Below, in pieces: positions 46,830-55,202 of a DNA stretch of 64,000 nucleotides. The notes under the pieces are model-generated. The model had not been told where the DNA came from. It ran no database searches and saw only the letters and a program-made list of their open reading frames with translations. Origin of the DNA: a virus (Duplodnaviria; Heunggongvirae; Uroviricota; Caudoviricetes); IMG/VR virus record IMGVR_UViG_3300024268_000023; one strand, written 5' to 3'. The translations under genes and the position numbers were made by a program. The number at the start of each line of letters is the position of its first letter. The first letter of the stretch is position 1.

Positions 46830-47066
46830 TTATATAATTTCTTCTATATTAAGGATCTGAGAGCCTACAAACCCCCATGGAATAAACAGACCAATATCTC
46901 CGGTTACTTTTATTTCAGCATCATCAGGATCAATTATAGTAAGCCAATGCTCCGAGGCAGCGTGGACAGCCAGCGGTTTGTTCCCAAATTTAACCCAGTC
47001 ACTCCAAGTGAGCATATTTTTTTGTTCTGGGTTAATTTGTACTAAGTCTCCAGGCTTAATAAACAT
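46830..47066 (-). CDS. small paralog-family protein 4 (ends ILNIEEII)
   Basis: 78 aa. Confidence 0.5.
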   Translation of the reverse strand: MFIKPGDLVQINPEQKNMLTWSDWVKFGNKPLAVHAASEHWLTIIDPDDAEIKVTGDIGLFIPWGFVGSQILNIEEII

Positions 47067-47306
47067 CTATATCAACTCCTCAATGTTTATAATATCATCT
47101 ACCTTTTTTAGAGTAATTTTATAATAGCCGTAGTTCCATCCCAAACAGGCACTATTACAGTCAATCACTTTAAGCTTCCCAGAATAAATAAGCTCATCAT
47201 CTGCCGATATAATTCTTTCTATAAGATGGCCAGGAGTGAGTGGGAAACTAGATGTTATTACAAACCCATCGTCAATTTCTACTACCCAAGGGCTATAGTC
47301 TTTCAT
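47067..47306 (-). CDS. small paralog-family protein 5 (ends IINIEELI)
   Basis: 79 aa. Confidence 0.5.
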   Translation of the reverse strand: MKDYSPWVVEIDDGFVITSSFPLTPGHLIERIISADDELIYSGKLKVIDCNSACLGWNYGYYKITLKKVDDIINIEELI

Positions 47307-47614
47307 ATCAGTTCCTCTACGCCCACAGGAGCTTCGACTTTCCTGAGCTCAAGTTCTCCAGACTTAAACCAACGATGCTGACCTCGATCCGGTCGAACCT
47401 TCTCGTAAACATTTACAAGGTATTCTTTTCTCTTTTTCCCACCATCCCAGTAATCGTCTACCGAAAGGATTCTGCTTTCTCTGTTGGTTTTGTAAAGCCA
47501 ATAACGATCTTTGCCTCGCTGGCTAAATTCGACGAAATCGCCGATTTTAAATTTAGGTTTAAATCCCATATCGTACTCCTTTCTGAGACCGTTTTCTTTC
47601 AAGAAGATCAACAA
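47303..47614 (-). CDS. small paralog-family protein 6 (ends PVGVEELI)
   Basis: 103 aa. Confidence 0.5.
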   Translation of the reverse strand: MLIFLKENGLRKEYDMGFKPKFKIGDFVEFSQRGKDRYWLYKTNRESRILSVDDYWDGGKKRKEYLVNVYEKVRPDRGQHRWFKSGELELRKVEAPVGVEELI

Positions 47615-47792
47615 GGTAATTTACCTCTGATTCATATAAAGCAATGTTACCGTATTCATCTCCCCAAACGAATTCGTTTGCAATAGATCCGGTTAATTCT
47701 TCGATTTCATCGCTAATTTGTTTTATGGTAAGCTCATCCTCACTGGATAAGCCAAGTCTTTCAAGCAGGTTATCAATGTCGGCCATAGTCAA
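47559..47792 (-). CDS. hypothetical protein (no C-terminal tag)
   Basis: 77-aa helical protein. The only array member lacking the motif. Its 3' end overlaps the next gene. Confidence 0.4.
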   Translation of the reverse strand: MTMADIDNLLERLGLSSEDELTIKQISDEIEELTGSIANEFVWGDEYGNIALYESEVNYLVDLLERKRSQKGVRYGI

Positions 47793-47802
47793 CAGGCTCC
47801 TT

Positions 47803-48051
47803 TCATATTAACTCAGAGATATTTATGGGTTCAGTTGTTTTTGCAATGTATTTGCAAGGTATAAACCAGCCATGATACATCTCACACAGGCCATTGCAAT
47901 CATGCAATTCGTCTTTTTTGACATCCCATCTTACCGGAACCCAAGCTAACTCGGTTGCTCTTTCACCTGCAACTACGCCAGTGTCTCCTTTTTCCACATA
48001 ATCAAAATCTTTTACACAAATAACTCTTTGTCCTTTTGAAAATTCCATCAT
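47803..48051 (-). CDS. small paralog-family protein 7 (ends EPINISELI)
   Basis: 82 aa starting MMEFSKGQRVIC. Confidence 0.55.
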   Translation of the reverse strand: MMEFSKGQRVICVKDFDYVEKGDTGVVAGERATELAWVPVRWDVKKDELHDCNGLCEMYHGWFIPCKYIAKTTEPINISELI

Positions 48052-48353
48052 ATAAGCTCATCAACTCCCACCAATTCCCATGCTGCTTCAATCAATTTAA
48101 CATTGTCATGAAGTTTAGCTACATAACAAGCTCCGGTAACTCGTTTGAAATCACTGTCGCAGTAGTTATTAGGGTCGTCCAACATTACAAGAGCCCATCC
48201 GATGAATCGGCTATCATCACTACCGCCTGGTCTAGTTCCAAGTTCTTCAACCATTTCCTTTGTGAGATATCCGATAACTCTTCCTCTGTCTGCACAACCA
48301 TTGTTGGTGAATTCTACTCTGTCACCGATGCTCAAGCCAGATATGTTGTTCAT
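48048..48353 (-). CDS. small paralog-family protein 8 (ends LVGVDELI)
   Basis: 101 aa. Confidence 0.5.
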   Translation of the reverse strand: MNNISGLSIGDRVEFTNNGCADRGRVIGYLTKEMVEELGTRPGGSDDSRFIGWALVMLDDPNNYCDSDFKRVTGACYVAKLHDNVKLIEAAWELVGVDELI

Positions 48354-48369
48354 AGTTAAACTCCTTTCA

Positions 48370-48609
48370 TTAGATTAAATCAGATATGTTTATAACTGGA
48401 ATTTTTCTGCCGATTCTGCGAACTTCTTCTGTTCCAATTTTAAAATGATGATGGCGTTTTCCATTCTCGTATTTTACTACGGCATATTCAGTGTGAGGAT
48501 CTAATCCAGATCCTCTGTCGATACGAATAACTTCACCTCGACCCCAGACTTTGTTCCAATATTTTGTTCCTTCGACAATGTCACCGATTTCAAGCACAAG
48601 GTCACTCAT
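48370..48609 (-). CDS. small paralog-family protein 9 (ends VINISDLI)
   Basis: 79 aa. Confidence 0.5.
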   Translation of the reverse strand: MSDLVLEIGDIVEGTKYWNKVWGRGEVIRIDRGSGLDPHTEYAVVKYENGKRHHHFKIGTEEVRRIGRKIPVINISDLI

Positions 48610-48911
48610 ATCAATTCCTCCAATCCAACAATGTCAGATGTAGCAATAACTACTTTTTTGATACAAAAACGGTTCCAATACCAACCATGACCGAAGATGC
48701 CTTCTTCTGAATCTTCTTCCATTTGGACGGTGGGATTGTCTCCGTCATTGTATGCTGCACTTTTTACTGTCATCTTTTTGCCAAGCCAATGATCCATTTC
48801 GCCAAACGAATTTTCTTTGCAAAGCCCATCAAGATCCCACTCATCAACTATGAGCACAGAATCTCCCGGCTTCAAATTCTGAAAAGCTTTCTCACTTATC
48901 ATCGTGCTCAA
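48606..48911 (-). CDS. small paralog-family protein 10 (ends IVGLEELI)
   Basis: 101 aa. Its start overlaps the RT stop codon. Confidence 0.5.
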   Translation of the reverse strand: MSTMISEKAFQNLKPGDSVLIVDEWDLDGLCKENSFGEMDHWLGKKMTVKSAAYNDGDNPTVQMEEDSEEGIFGHGWYWNRFCIKKVVIATSDIVGLEELI

Positions 48912-50053
48912 GCCTCCTTGATGCGAGCTAATAGTGCGTGCTCAATATCGATTTTATACTTTTCGCTAAGGTGAGAAATAACATAATCGGCGTATTCCTT
49001 CTCTTGCTGACGAAAGTAATTGAACTGACCGAGCACAACCTGAGCATCGTGTACTGAACGTTCGTGCCCGTTTTTTGTGTCCAAAGCCCAGTTTGTGAGC
49101 ATGGCTTTAATTTCATCTTTCTTTTTCCAGCCAATTGTGATTTCTTTGTTGGCATTATACATCAGTCCCAAATGGAAGTTGTGTCCCGCAAAGGAACAGT
49201 AGTGGGTTTTCTTCGTGTTGAGCACGAAAGGAGCACCACAGTCTTTCAACATAACGAGCACGGCTTTTTCGATTTCCTTTGGGTTGAAATCTTTTGAGCA
49301 CGAAACACAGATATCATCCGCATATCTTGTGTAGTAAAACTTTTTGTCTCCATAGTTATGAGCGAGACTTTTTGACATTTCAAAATCAAAAGGAATCATA
49401 AGTAAGTTCGTGAGCATGGGAGAGATAGGGGTTCCTTGAGGCAGGCCTCCTTTGAGAAAACAGAGCTTAAGGCAATGCTCAAGAGCAATTTTCCCTTCCG
49501 GATGTTCAACAATCATACAAAAAGGGTAAATATGCGTGATGGTTTCCCATGCATATTTAAATGTAAAACTTCCAAAAAAGTTATGGAAGTCAAGGTATTC
49601 AAACCAACGACTGCCTCTGTTGGCATGGTACAATCTCTCATCTTTGGTTCCTCTACCAGGGACGTAAGCATATGCAGAAGTATGCCATTTTGCAGCACAG
49701 TCGTATTCAAAGCAATGTCTGAGAAGCTTGAGGCTTGACTTTAAGGCACCGAGAGGCTCGTCGATAGGACGTTTACCGCCATTCTTCTTAGGTATTTCAT
49801 AATGACGATAGTATTTCTCCATATGTGCCAAATCAAAGTCCTTAGTGGCTTCCACAATTCTTTCGAGTGAACGAATCATAGAATGCACATGAGTTTTCGA
49901 TTTTATGGCAAACGGAATTGCTTCTGTCTTGATGGTTCTTGTGTAGGGGATATCTCTTCTGTTTATGTTTTCAAAACTAAAATCCCCTGCTAAAAATTCA
50001 TCAATCGTGATTTGCTTTTCATGGGGAGAGGCAGGTAAAGTTATGTAATACAT
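48908..50053 (-). CDS. reverse transcriptase (retron/group-II-like, stand-alone)
   Basis: RT motif 4 LPQGTPISPMLTNLLM (QGxxxSP) and motif 5 YYTRYADDICVSC (YADD). 381 aa. No maturase, endonuclease or Zn domain. A 390-bp GC-rich non-coding region lies immediately upstream. Confidence 0.8.
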   Translation of the reverse strand: MYYITLPASPHEKQITIDEFLAGDFSFENINRRDIPYTRTIKTEAIPFAIKSKTHVHSMIRSLERIVEATKDFDLAHMEKYYRHYEIPKKNGGKRPIDEPLGALKSSLKLLRHCFEYDCAAKWHTSAYAYVPGRGTKDERLYHANRGSRWFEYLDFHNFFGSFTFKYAWETITHIYPFCMIVEHPEGKIALEHCLKLCFLKGGLPQGTPISPMLTNLLMIPFDFEMSKSLAHNYGDKKFYYTRYADDICVSCSKDFNPKEIEKAVLVMLKDCGAPFVLNTKKTHYCSFAGHNFHLGLMYNANKEITIGWKKKDEIKAMLTNWALDTKNGHERSVHDAQVVLGQFNYFRQQEKEYADYVISHLSEKYKIDIEHALLARIKEA

Positions 50054-50059
50054 TATTGC

Positions 50060-50440
50060 TCCTTTCTTCCATATCCTATATATGTGATTGCTGCTACTTC
50101 AGATCAGGAACACTAGTTGTTACTGGGTTACAGCAATTCTTTGGGTAGAGGTGAGTTACCTGTACTAGTGATAAGCTCATCTTGGCACACATGATTTCGT
50201 GTGTGATGTCGCGAGCAACCACGGTTTTGAGTTGTTTCTCTTTTGAGGTTTGAGTGAACTTACGAAGCACCCGTTCGAGATCTAGGATGCCAATCGCCGT
50301 CCCAGGGCTATTACCTTCTACTAATCATTTTCTTTTGGTCACACCTAAAAAATCGCTTTCGTTTCATGACACTTAGCGCGATCGATATGGATTTTTATTT
50401 TTGTTTACTTGAGGAGCTCTAATGAGCTCCGGTTCTTCTA
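50060..50440. ncRNA. GC-rich structured non-coding element C, upstream of the RT on the same strand
   Basis: No ORF. It carries inverted repeats (CACACATGATTTCGTGTGTG; GGAGCTC-TAAT-GAGCTCC) and the shared CTAAT...TTTTGGTCACACC motif. It is a candidate RT-associated ncRNA. Confidence 0.4.
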
Positions 50441-50441
50441 A

Positions 50442-51122
50442 TTAAAATGCCTTAGAATAAGACATGAAGGGATTGGAGAAAATAATATGTTTCCATTCTT
50501 CTCCTTTTACCATTCTCATAAAGTTTGCAACAGCCATCGAACAAATGCATCTGATAGTAGGTGCGACAGAAAGAGGCTGGTTGCACGCAGATACGGGCTG
50601 TTGCTCGTCTGCTTCTTCTTTGGTGAACTGCATGGTAGAAAGAAGACGCTCTTGGTCTTTAATGCTCTGCCAGTCAGCAGCATAATGCTGAGCATCTTCA
50701 AGACCTACGCGGATATCAAAGATACCTTTGATGGCCGGGTTACCAGAGTTTTCCTCACAAATTTTCTTTCTCAGCTCGATGTTATCGACTGCGAGAAATA
50801 CATATCCATCGAGAGGCTGATCACTGTAACCGTGTTTAAAAAGGCGAAGTCCTTTCGAACCGATTTCAATATCGGGGTTGATGCGAGTCATCATTTCTGC
50901 AACAGCATCAACTTTGAGCCGACCGATATCGGTTGCGTAAAACATCTGATTCGCTACGTTATGAGCTTCGACTGTGTCAAAGTCATAAAGCGAAACTTTT
51001 GTGAGACCGAGACGAGCAATATTTTCTGCAACAGTGCTGCCTACTGCACCACAGCCGATGATATGCACTCTGCCGTCACATTTTTCGGGCTTGAAAAATT
51101 CATAAGAACGTACAAGATCCAT
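50442..51122 (-). CDS. E1-like (ThiF/MoeB-family) adenylyltransferase
   Basis: Rossmann GCGAVGS and the YDFDTVEAHNVANQ ThiF/E1 signature. 226 aa. Confidence 0.65.
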   Translation of the reverse strand: MDLVRSYEFFKPEKCDGRVHIIGCGAVGSTVAENIARLGLTKVSLYDFDTVEAHNVANQMFYATDIGRLKVDAVAEMMTRINPDIEIGSKGLRLFKHGYSDQPLDGYVFLAVDNIELRKKICEENSGNPAIKGIFDIRVGLEDAQHYAADWQSIKDQERLLSTMQFTKEEADEQQPVSACNQPLSVAPTIRCICSMAVANFMRMVKGEEWKHIIFSNPFMSYSKAF

Positions 51123-51138
51123 AATCCAAATTCCTTTC

Positions 51139-51576
51139 TTATATGATTTCGTTTATGTTTACAGATTCATTCTGTTTGAAAATCTGAGCATAATTTCCAA
51201 CTGCATTGGGAGCAACATCAGACTCTATAGAGCGCTGAATACCGCAATATTCCCACAAATCTCCGTTGTATAATTCTTCGTTATCTTCTAAGTCTTCGCC
51301 AATGTGAACGTAAACGTATTGGATGTTTTCGCTGTCACAATGATACAGATATTGCATCGTCGCATCTACATCGGAAAATTCACGGTACCATTTTGTGGTA
51401 TATATTTTTGCCAATATTACAGGATTGGATGGGTCTTTTCGATTTTCAAACAAACTGTAATCATCAGCATGCGTCCAAGTGCGATGCGCTTCCTCGTTGG
51501 AAGCTTTGAAATGATTGAGCATATCCATAAAATCTTTTTTATACATTGCAAGTCCAACATCACTGTAGTATCCCAT
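51139..51576 (-). CDS. hypothetical protein (ends SVNINEII)
   Basis: 145 aa with the shared C-terminal motif. Confidence 0.45.
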   Translation of the reverse strand: MGYYSDVGLAMYKKDFMDMLNHFKASNEEAHRTWTHADDYSLFENRKDPSNPVILAKIYTTKWYREFSDVDATMQYLYHCDSENIQYVYVHIGEDLEDNEELYNGDLWEYCGIQRSIESDVAPNAVGNYAQIFKQNESVNINEII

Positions 51577-51587
51577 ACAAAGCCTCC

Positions 51588-52001
51588 TTATATGAGCTCA
51601 TCGATTCCGACGAGTTCTATGATTTCATTTGTAACGTAGTAAACTTCGTTATATTCTCTGATATCTCTCAAAACCCATTCTTCATCAAGTTCTTCGGATT
51701 GAATATAACTCGAAAGATATGTGATATTTGCGTCACTATTGAATGAAGCTGAGTCAAACTCATCAAAAGCCTCATCAAGATCGTAATCATAGAACGGGGC
51801 AAAGATTCTGTGATCCTCACCAAACGCCCAAAGGCTTGTATAGCCAAGCGCCTTTGCTTGATCTGGGTTATGGACAAGAACAGCCACTCTTTTCTTTGCA
51901 ATGCGAGACAACTCGTCTGGAGTGATGGGCATAGGATTTAACCCAAATCCGTCCCGTATAAATTTGCAAAATTTTCTATTTGCCTCCTGTTCAGAAAACA
52001 T
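51588..52001 (-). CDS. hypothetical protein (ends LVGIDELI)
   Basis: 137 aa with the shared C-terminal motif. Confidence 0.45.
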   Translation of the reverse strand: MFSEQEANRKFCKFIRDGFGLNPMPITPDELSRIAKKRVAVLVHNPDQAKALGYTSLWAFGEDHRIFAPFYDYDLDEAFDEFDSASFNSDANITYLSSYIQSEELDEEWVLRDIREYNEVYYVTNEIIELVGIDELI

Positions 52002-52014
52002 TTAACCACTCCTT

Positions 52015-52329
52015 TCAAATTATTTCTTCAATATTAACTAAGGAGAAATCACTTGTGAGTTCGTCTCCAGTGAAATACTCCCATTCTTCTGTGAAATCAA
52101 CTCGATAAGTATTGACGAGGTCTGGTGAATCATCCCAAGTGTCTTCAAAGCATCTCGAGACCACGCCTTTGTCCCCAATTTGAATTTTTTCCGTGGGAGG
52201 CTCAGAATGACACTGCCGCACATAAATGACGCGGTCTCCTTCTTTGAACTTGAATTTAGTACCCATACTGACTACCATACTGGTTACCGTAAAATCCTTT
52301 GTAACTACCGTACTGAGCAATAGCATCAT
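52015..52329 (-). CDS. hypothetical protein (ends LVNIEEII)
   Basis: 104 aa with the shared C-terminal motif. Confidence 0.45.
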   Translation of the reverse strand: MMLLLSTVVTKDFTVTSMVVSMGTKFKFKEGDRVIYVRQCHSEPPTEKIQIGDKGVVSRCFEDTWDDSPDLVNTYRVDFTEEWEYFTGDELTSDFSLVNIEEII

Positions 52330-53296
52330 GCTCTTCTTTTATGATTTCTGCTTCAACAAGAAGGTCGTCTATTGTGTTTTTGGTGAAGCCAGCGTTAACA
52401 GACTCGAGCAATTCTTCAAGAATTTCGTCTGCTTCAAGCCAACCTACGGTAAGGGCAGTAACGATAGTGCTTGCAGAAATCTGGAGCTGAGTCTTAGTGA
52501 GAGGTTTCTTTTTCCCAGACTCTTTTCCTTTAGAGCCTTTGGATTCTTTAGTGCCGGAAGAAGCACCAGAAGTGGAAGGGAATTGGCTCACGTTAGATTT
52601 ACTGTAATTGGAATTATAAGTTCCACCGTAGGTTTTGGCTTTGAGCTTATCTTCTTTTTCGGTTTTCACCCACCCGAGAAGGTCTTCTCCAACGGGTACC
52701 ACAAAATCAATTTCTTTTGTATCAAAGAGAGCATTGCTTTCCATATCGTAAAGAGCTCCAGTGAACTCAAAAGATTTATTCATAATGAAGAAGATAAAGA
52801 ACCCATCATCGTCAAGAGTTTCAACTACTTCCTTTCTGCAAATCATATCTGTAGAAGAGGGGGAAGGAGCCATATTGACATGAGAATGTCCCTGAAAATT
52901 AAGTTTGCATCTCTGCTGAACAGGAATTTTTGAAAGCCACAGAGCCCTTTCGGTTTCATCCGCTTCAACGGTTGCAGAAGCGACTTTCTGAGGGTAAACA
53001 AGAATGTCGGTAATTTTGAAATGAGTTTCATCGATGCGATCGACAATACCATTCCAAGCAACCTCACTGTTTGTCATACAAACAAGAGCGGACATTTTAG
53101 CCCATGCTTCGGGAGTAAACTCGACCTGGGGTCTGTCATAGTCTTTTGAAGTGTAAGCATAAGGCATTTTGAACTCAATGGTTCCGTCTTTAAGAACATC
53201 AGTTTTGAGTTTTTCAAGAAACGAATCTACTTTTTCAAGCAGAGCTGCCTTGGTTTCTTCAATCATGTTTTCAGTTGCTCTAATAGGTTTCGGCAT
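52256..53296 (-). CDS. JAB/MPN+ (JAMM) metalloprotease domain protein
   Basis: The HSHVNMAPSPSSTD stretch matches the JAMM motif HxHx7Sx2D, with an upstream Glu. A Lys/Ser-rich linker leads to a C-terminal domain. The 5' end overlaps the previous gene, so the true start may be internal. Confidence 0.65.
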   Translation of the reverse strand: MPKPIRATENMIEETKAALLEKVDSFLEKLKTDVLKDGTIEFKMPYAYTSKDYDRPQVEFTPEAWAKMSALVCMTNSEVAWNGIVDRIDETHFKITDILVYPQKVASATVEADETERALWLSKIPVQQRCKLNFQGHSHVNMAPSPSSTDMICRKEVVETLDDDGFFIFFIMNKSFEFTGALYDMESNALFDTKEIDFVVPVGEDLLGWVKTEKEDKLKAKTYGGTYNSNYSKSNVSQFPSTSGASSGTKESKGSKGKESGKKKPLTKTQLQISASTIVTALTVGWLEADEILEELLESVNAGFTKNTIDDLLVEAEIIKEEHDAIAQYGSYKGFYGNQYGSQYGY

Positions 53297-53308
53297 AAAT
53301 TTCCCTCC

Positions 53309-54775
53309 TTAACTGTTTTCTCTAAGCCATGCAACTGCATCTATGTAGTTTACTTTGCGTCCATCAGGAAGAAGATAAGGACACTGATGTTTATTCCAAA
53401 GCTGTTCTTTGGAGTATCTTTCAACTACGCAATCATCGGTGAATACGAGATATGGGCAAGAACCAATTGCCTGAGAAACGGCACCAACGTAGTTGCCGAC
53501 GCTCATGCATTCAGTCATTCTGCTCTCGTTGGTTCCAAGACATCTGTAATAGTAATGATGCGGCTGGGGAGCATATCCGGCGAATTTAGGAGCGGGTTCG
53601 CAAAGTCCCGGTTCATCTTTGCTTATTACAGAAAGAGTTCCGCGCTCAAGGGAAAGTCTGAAGTTCGAATAAACAGGAACCTTAATTTCACGCTCAATAA
53701 AGACTGACTCCATGAGCTTGATTGCTTCTTTTTCAGTAATTTCCTTTTCTTTATCGCGATAAGCACAGTAAATTCTTCTGCGGATATCATCAATGTCATG
53801 AGTCGGGTCTTTAAACGCTGTGAGATTTGCGGTGGCGGTAAAAATGAGATCATTGCCTTGCCAAGTGCGAATCGCAATTGAAGGTCTTCCAGTGAAAAGA
53901 ACTGCAAGTTCAGAGCCATCACCATCTTCGTCTACCTCAAGAGAACGTTTTCTAAGATAGCTATCCCTGATGCGTGCTGCATAATCTTCAAGCTTTGCAA
54001 CGGTATCACGATACTGTCTGTTAAGATTATCCAGTTCAGAGGTCGCATTACGAAGGAGTTTTCCTTTTACGCTTTTGTAAGCATTTTTGAATTTGATGCT
54101 CTGTACTTTTTCAGCAACATCAGTTCCTTCATAAATTTTCTGAGCAGCGGCAACAAATTCGTTATCACCAATGTCGATAGCTCTAACAAGTTCTCTTTCA
54201 AGTTCATTGAGGGGATGGTTTTCAAAAGTAAAATCGGGTTTCACATTGAAATACCAAGGAATAATTCTGGGGCATACTGCTGCACACACGTTCCAGAAAT
54301 ATTCACCAACGATAGAACCGACAACGACTGAAATCTTGTCTTTTTCGTTGTAATAAGTTTGAATAAAGTCGCCTTCATTTTTATATTCCTGTTTTTCGAT
54401 GCGACCATCGAAAAACTTATTTACTATATCGTTAGGCACAAAGCCACGTTTTGTAAAAATAGCTTTGAGCGGAGTTTTCAAAGTTTTGTACTGTCCTACA
54501 TAAATGTAGTAAAGGGAACCAGGTGTAAGTTCCAGTGCTTCAACTTTTCCCTTTGTGCCATCGACGGTTTCGTTTGCGAAGTTTATGGAAGTAAAGTTGA
54601 AGATTTCCCCATCTTTAAGTCTCGGAGGAAGACATGCTCTAAAGACGATACGGGGAACCTCGTGTTTGTCTTGTTCAGTTCCATGCTCTACGATGTTCGG
54701 ATAACATTCGGCAAGGGCAAGCTCGCCTATTTCGATGTGGGTAGAGAGCTCAGCTACAGGATATCTTTCATCCAT
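53309..54775 (-). CDS. large hypothetical protein in E1/JAB neighbourhood
   Basis: 488 aa with several Cys/His pairs near the C-terminus. No E2 HPN motif seen. Confidence 0.45.
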   Translation of the reverse strand: MDERYPVAELSTHIEIGELALAECYPNIVEHGTEQDKHEVPRIVFRACLPPRLKDGEIFNFTSINFANETVDGTKGKVEALELTPGSLYYIYVGQYKTLKTPLKAIFTKRGFVPNDIVNKFFDGRIEKQEYKNEGDFIQTYYNEKDKISVVVGSIVGEYFWNVCAAVCPRIIPWYFNVKPDFTFENHPLNELERELVRAIDIGDNEFVAAAQKIYEGTDVAEKVQSIKFKNAYKSVKGKLLRNATSELDNLNRQYRDTVAKLEDYAARIRDSYLRKRSLEVDEDGDGSELAVLFTGRPSIAIRTWQGNDLIFTATANLTAFKDPTHDIDDIRRRIYCAYRDKEKEITEKEAIKLMESVFIEREIKVPVYSNFRLSLERGTLSVISKDEPGLCEPAPKFAGYAPQPHHYYYRCLGTNESRMTECMSVGNYVGAVSQAIGSCPYLVFTDDCVVERYSKEQLWNKHQCPYLLPDGRKVNYIDAVAWLRENS

Positions 54776-54868
54776 TTGCGGTTCACTCCTTATTTGAATG
54801 TAAAATTATTTTGAAAGGGAAGGAGGGTGGTTGCCCACCCTCCATAGAAAAGGGAATGGGTCGAACGA

Positions 54869-55090
54869 TTAAGCGTTCTGAAGTTTGTTGGAAACAACGA
54901 TGTCAACGATGTTGCTTCCATCAGCGAGAGAATTGAGAGTGACGTTGCAATCGGTTACAACATCGGAGTTGACGATGATCTGTCTGGAGGTGGCAATGCC
55001 GTGTCCTTCGCAGAACTGTTTGAGGGTCATGCCTCCATCAACGATTTCGGATTTGCAGTTGGAATCAACAGAATAGTAAACCTGTACCAT
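54869..55090 (-). CDS. small beta-rich protein, possible ubiquitin-like (ThiS/MoaD-like) candidate
   Basis: 73 aa. LADGSNIVDIV resembles the MoaD/ThiS C-terminal strand, but the protein ends ...KLQNA rather than GG. Confidence 0.3.
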   Translation of the reverse strand: MVQVYYSVDSNCKSEIVDGGMTLKQFCEGHGIATSRQIIVNSDVVTDCNVTLNSLADGSNIVDIVVSNKLQNA

Positions 55091-55202
55091 AATATAAATC
55101 TCCTTTTAATATATAAATTTTAATTTGATTTGAATTGAATTTTGTTTGTGAGATTGACGGGAGAGGAGAAAACTAACTCCTCTCCCTAAAGCCTGTTCTC
55201 AA

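Noticed and set aside
44320-50440. Interpretation of the RT region as a diversity-generating retroelement (TR/VR).
   Set aside because: No pair of near-identical 100-150-bp repeats differing mainly at adenines was found. The repeated elements B and C are non-coding, not at the 3' end of a target ORF. The RT carries QGxxxSP rather than the DGR-type motif. Kept only as a loose analogy.
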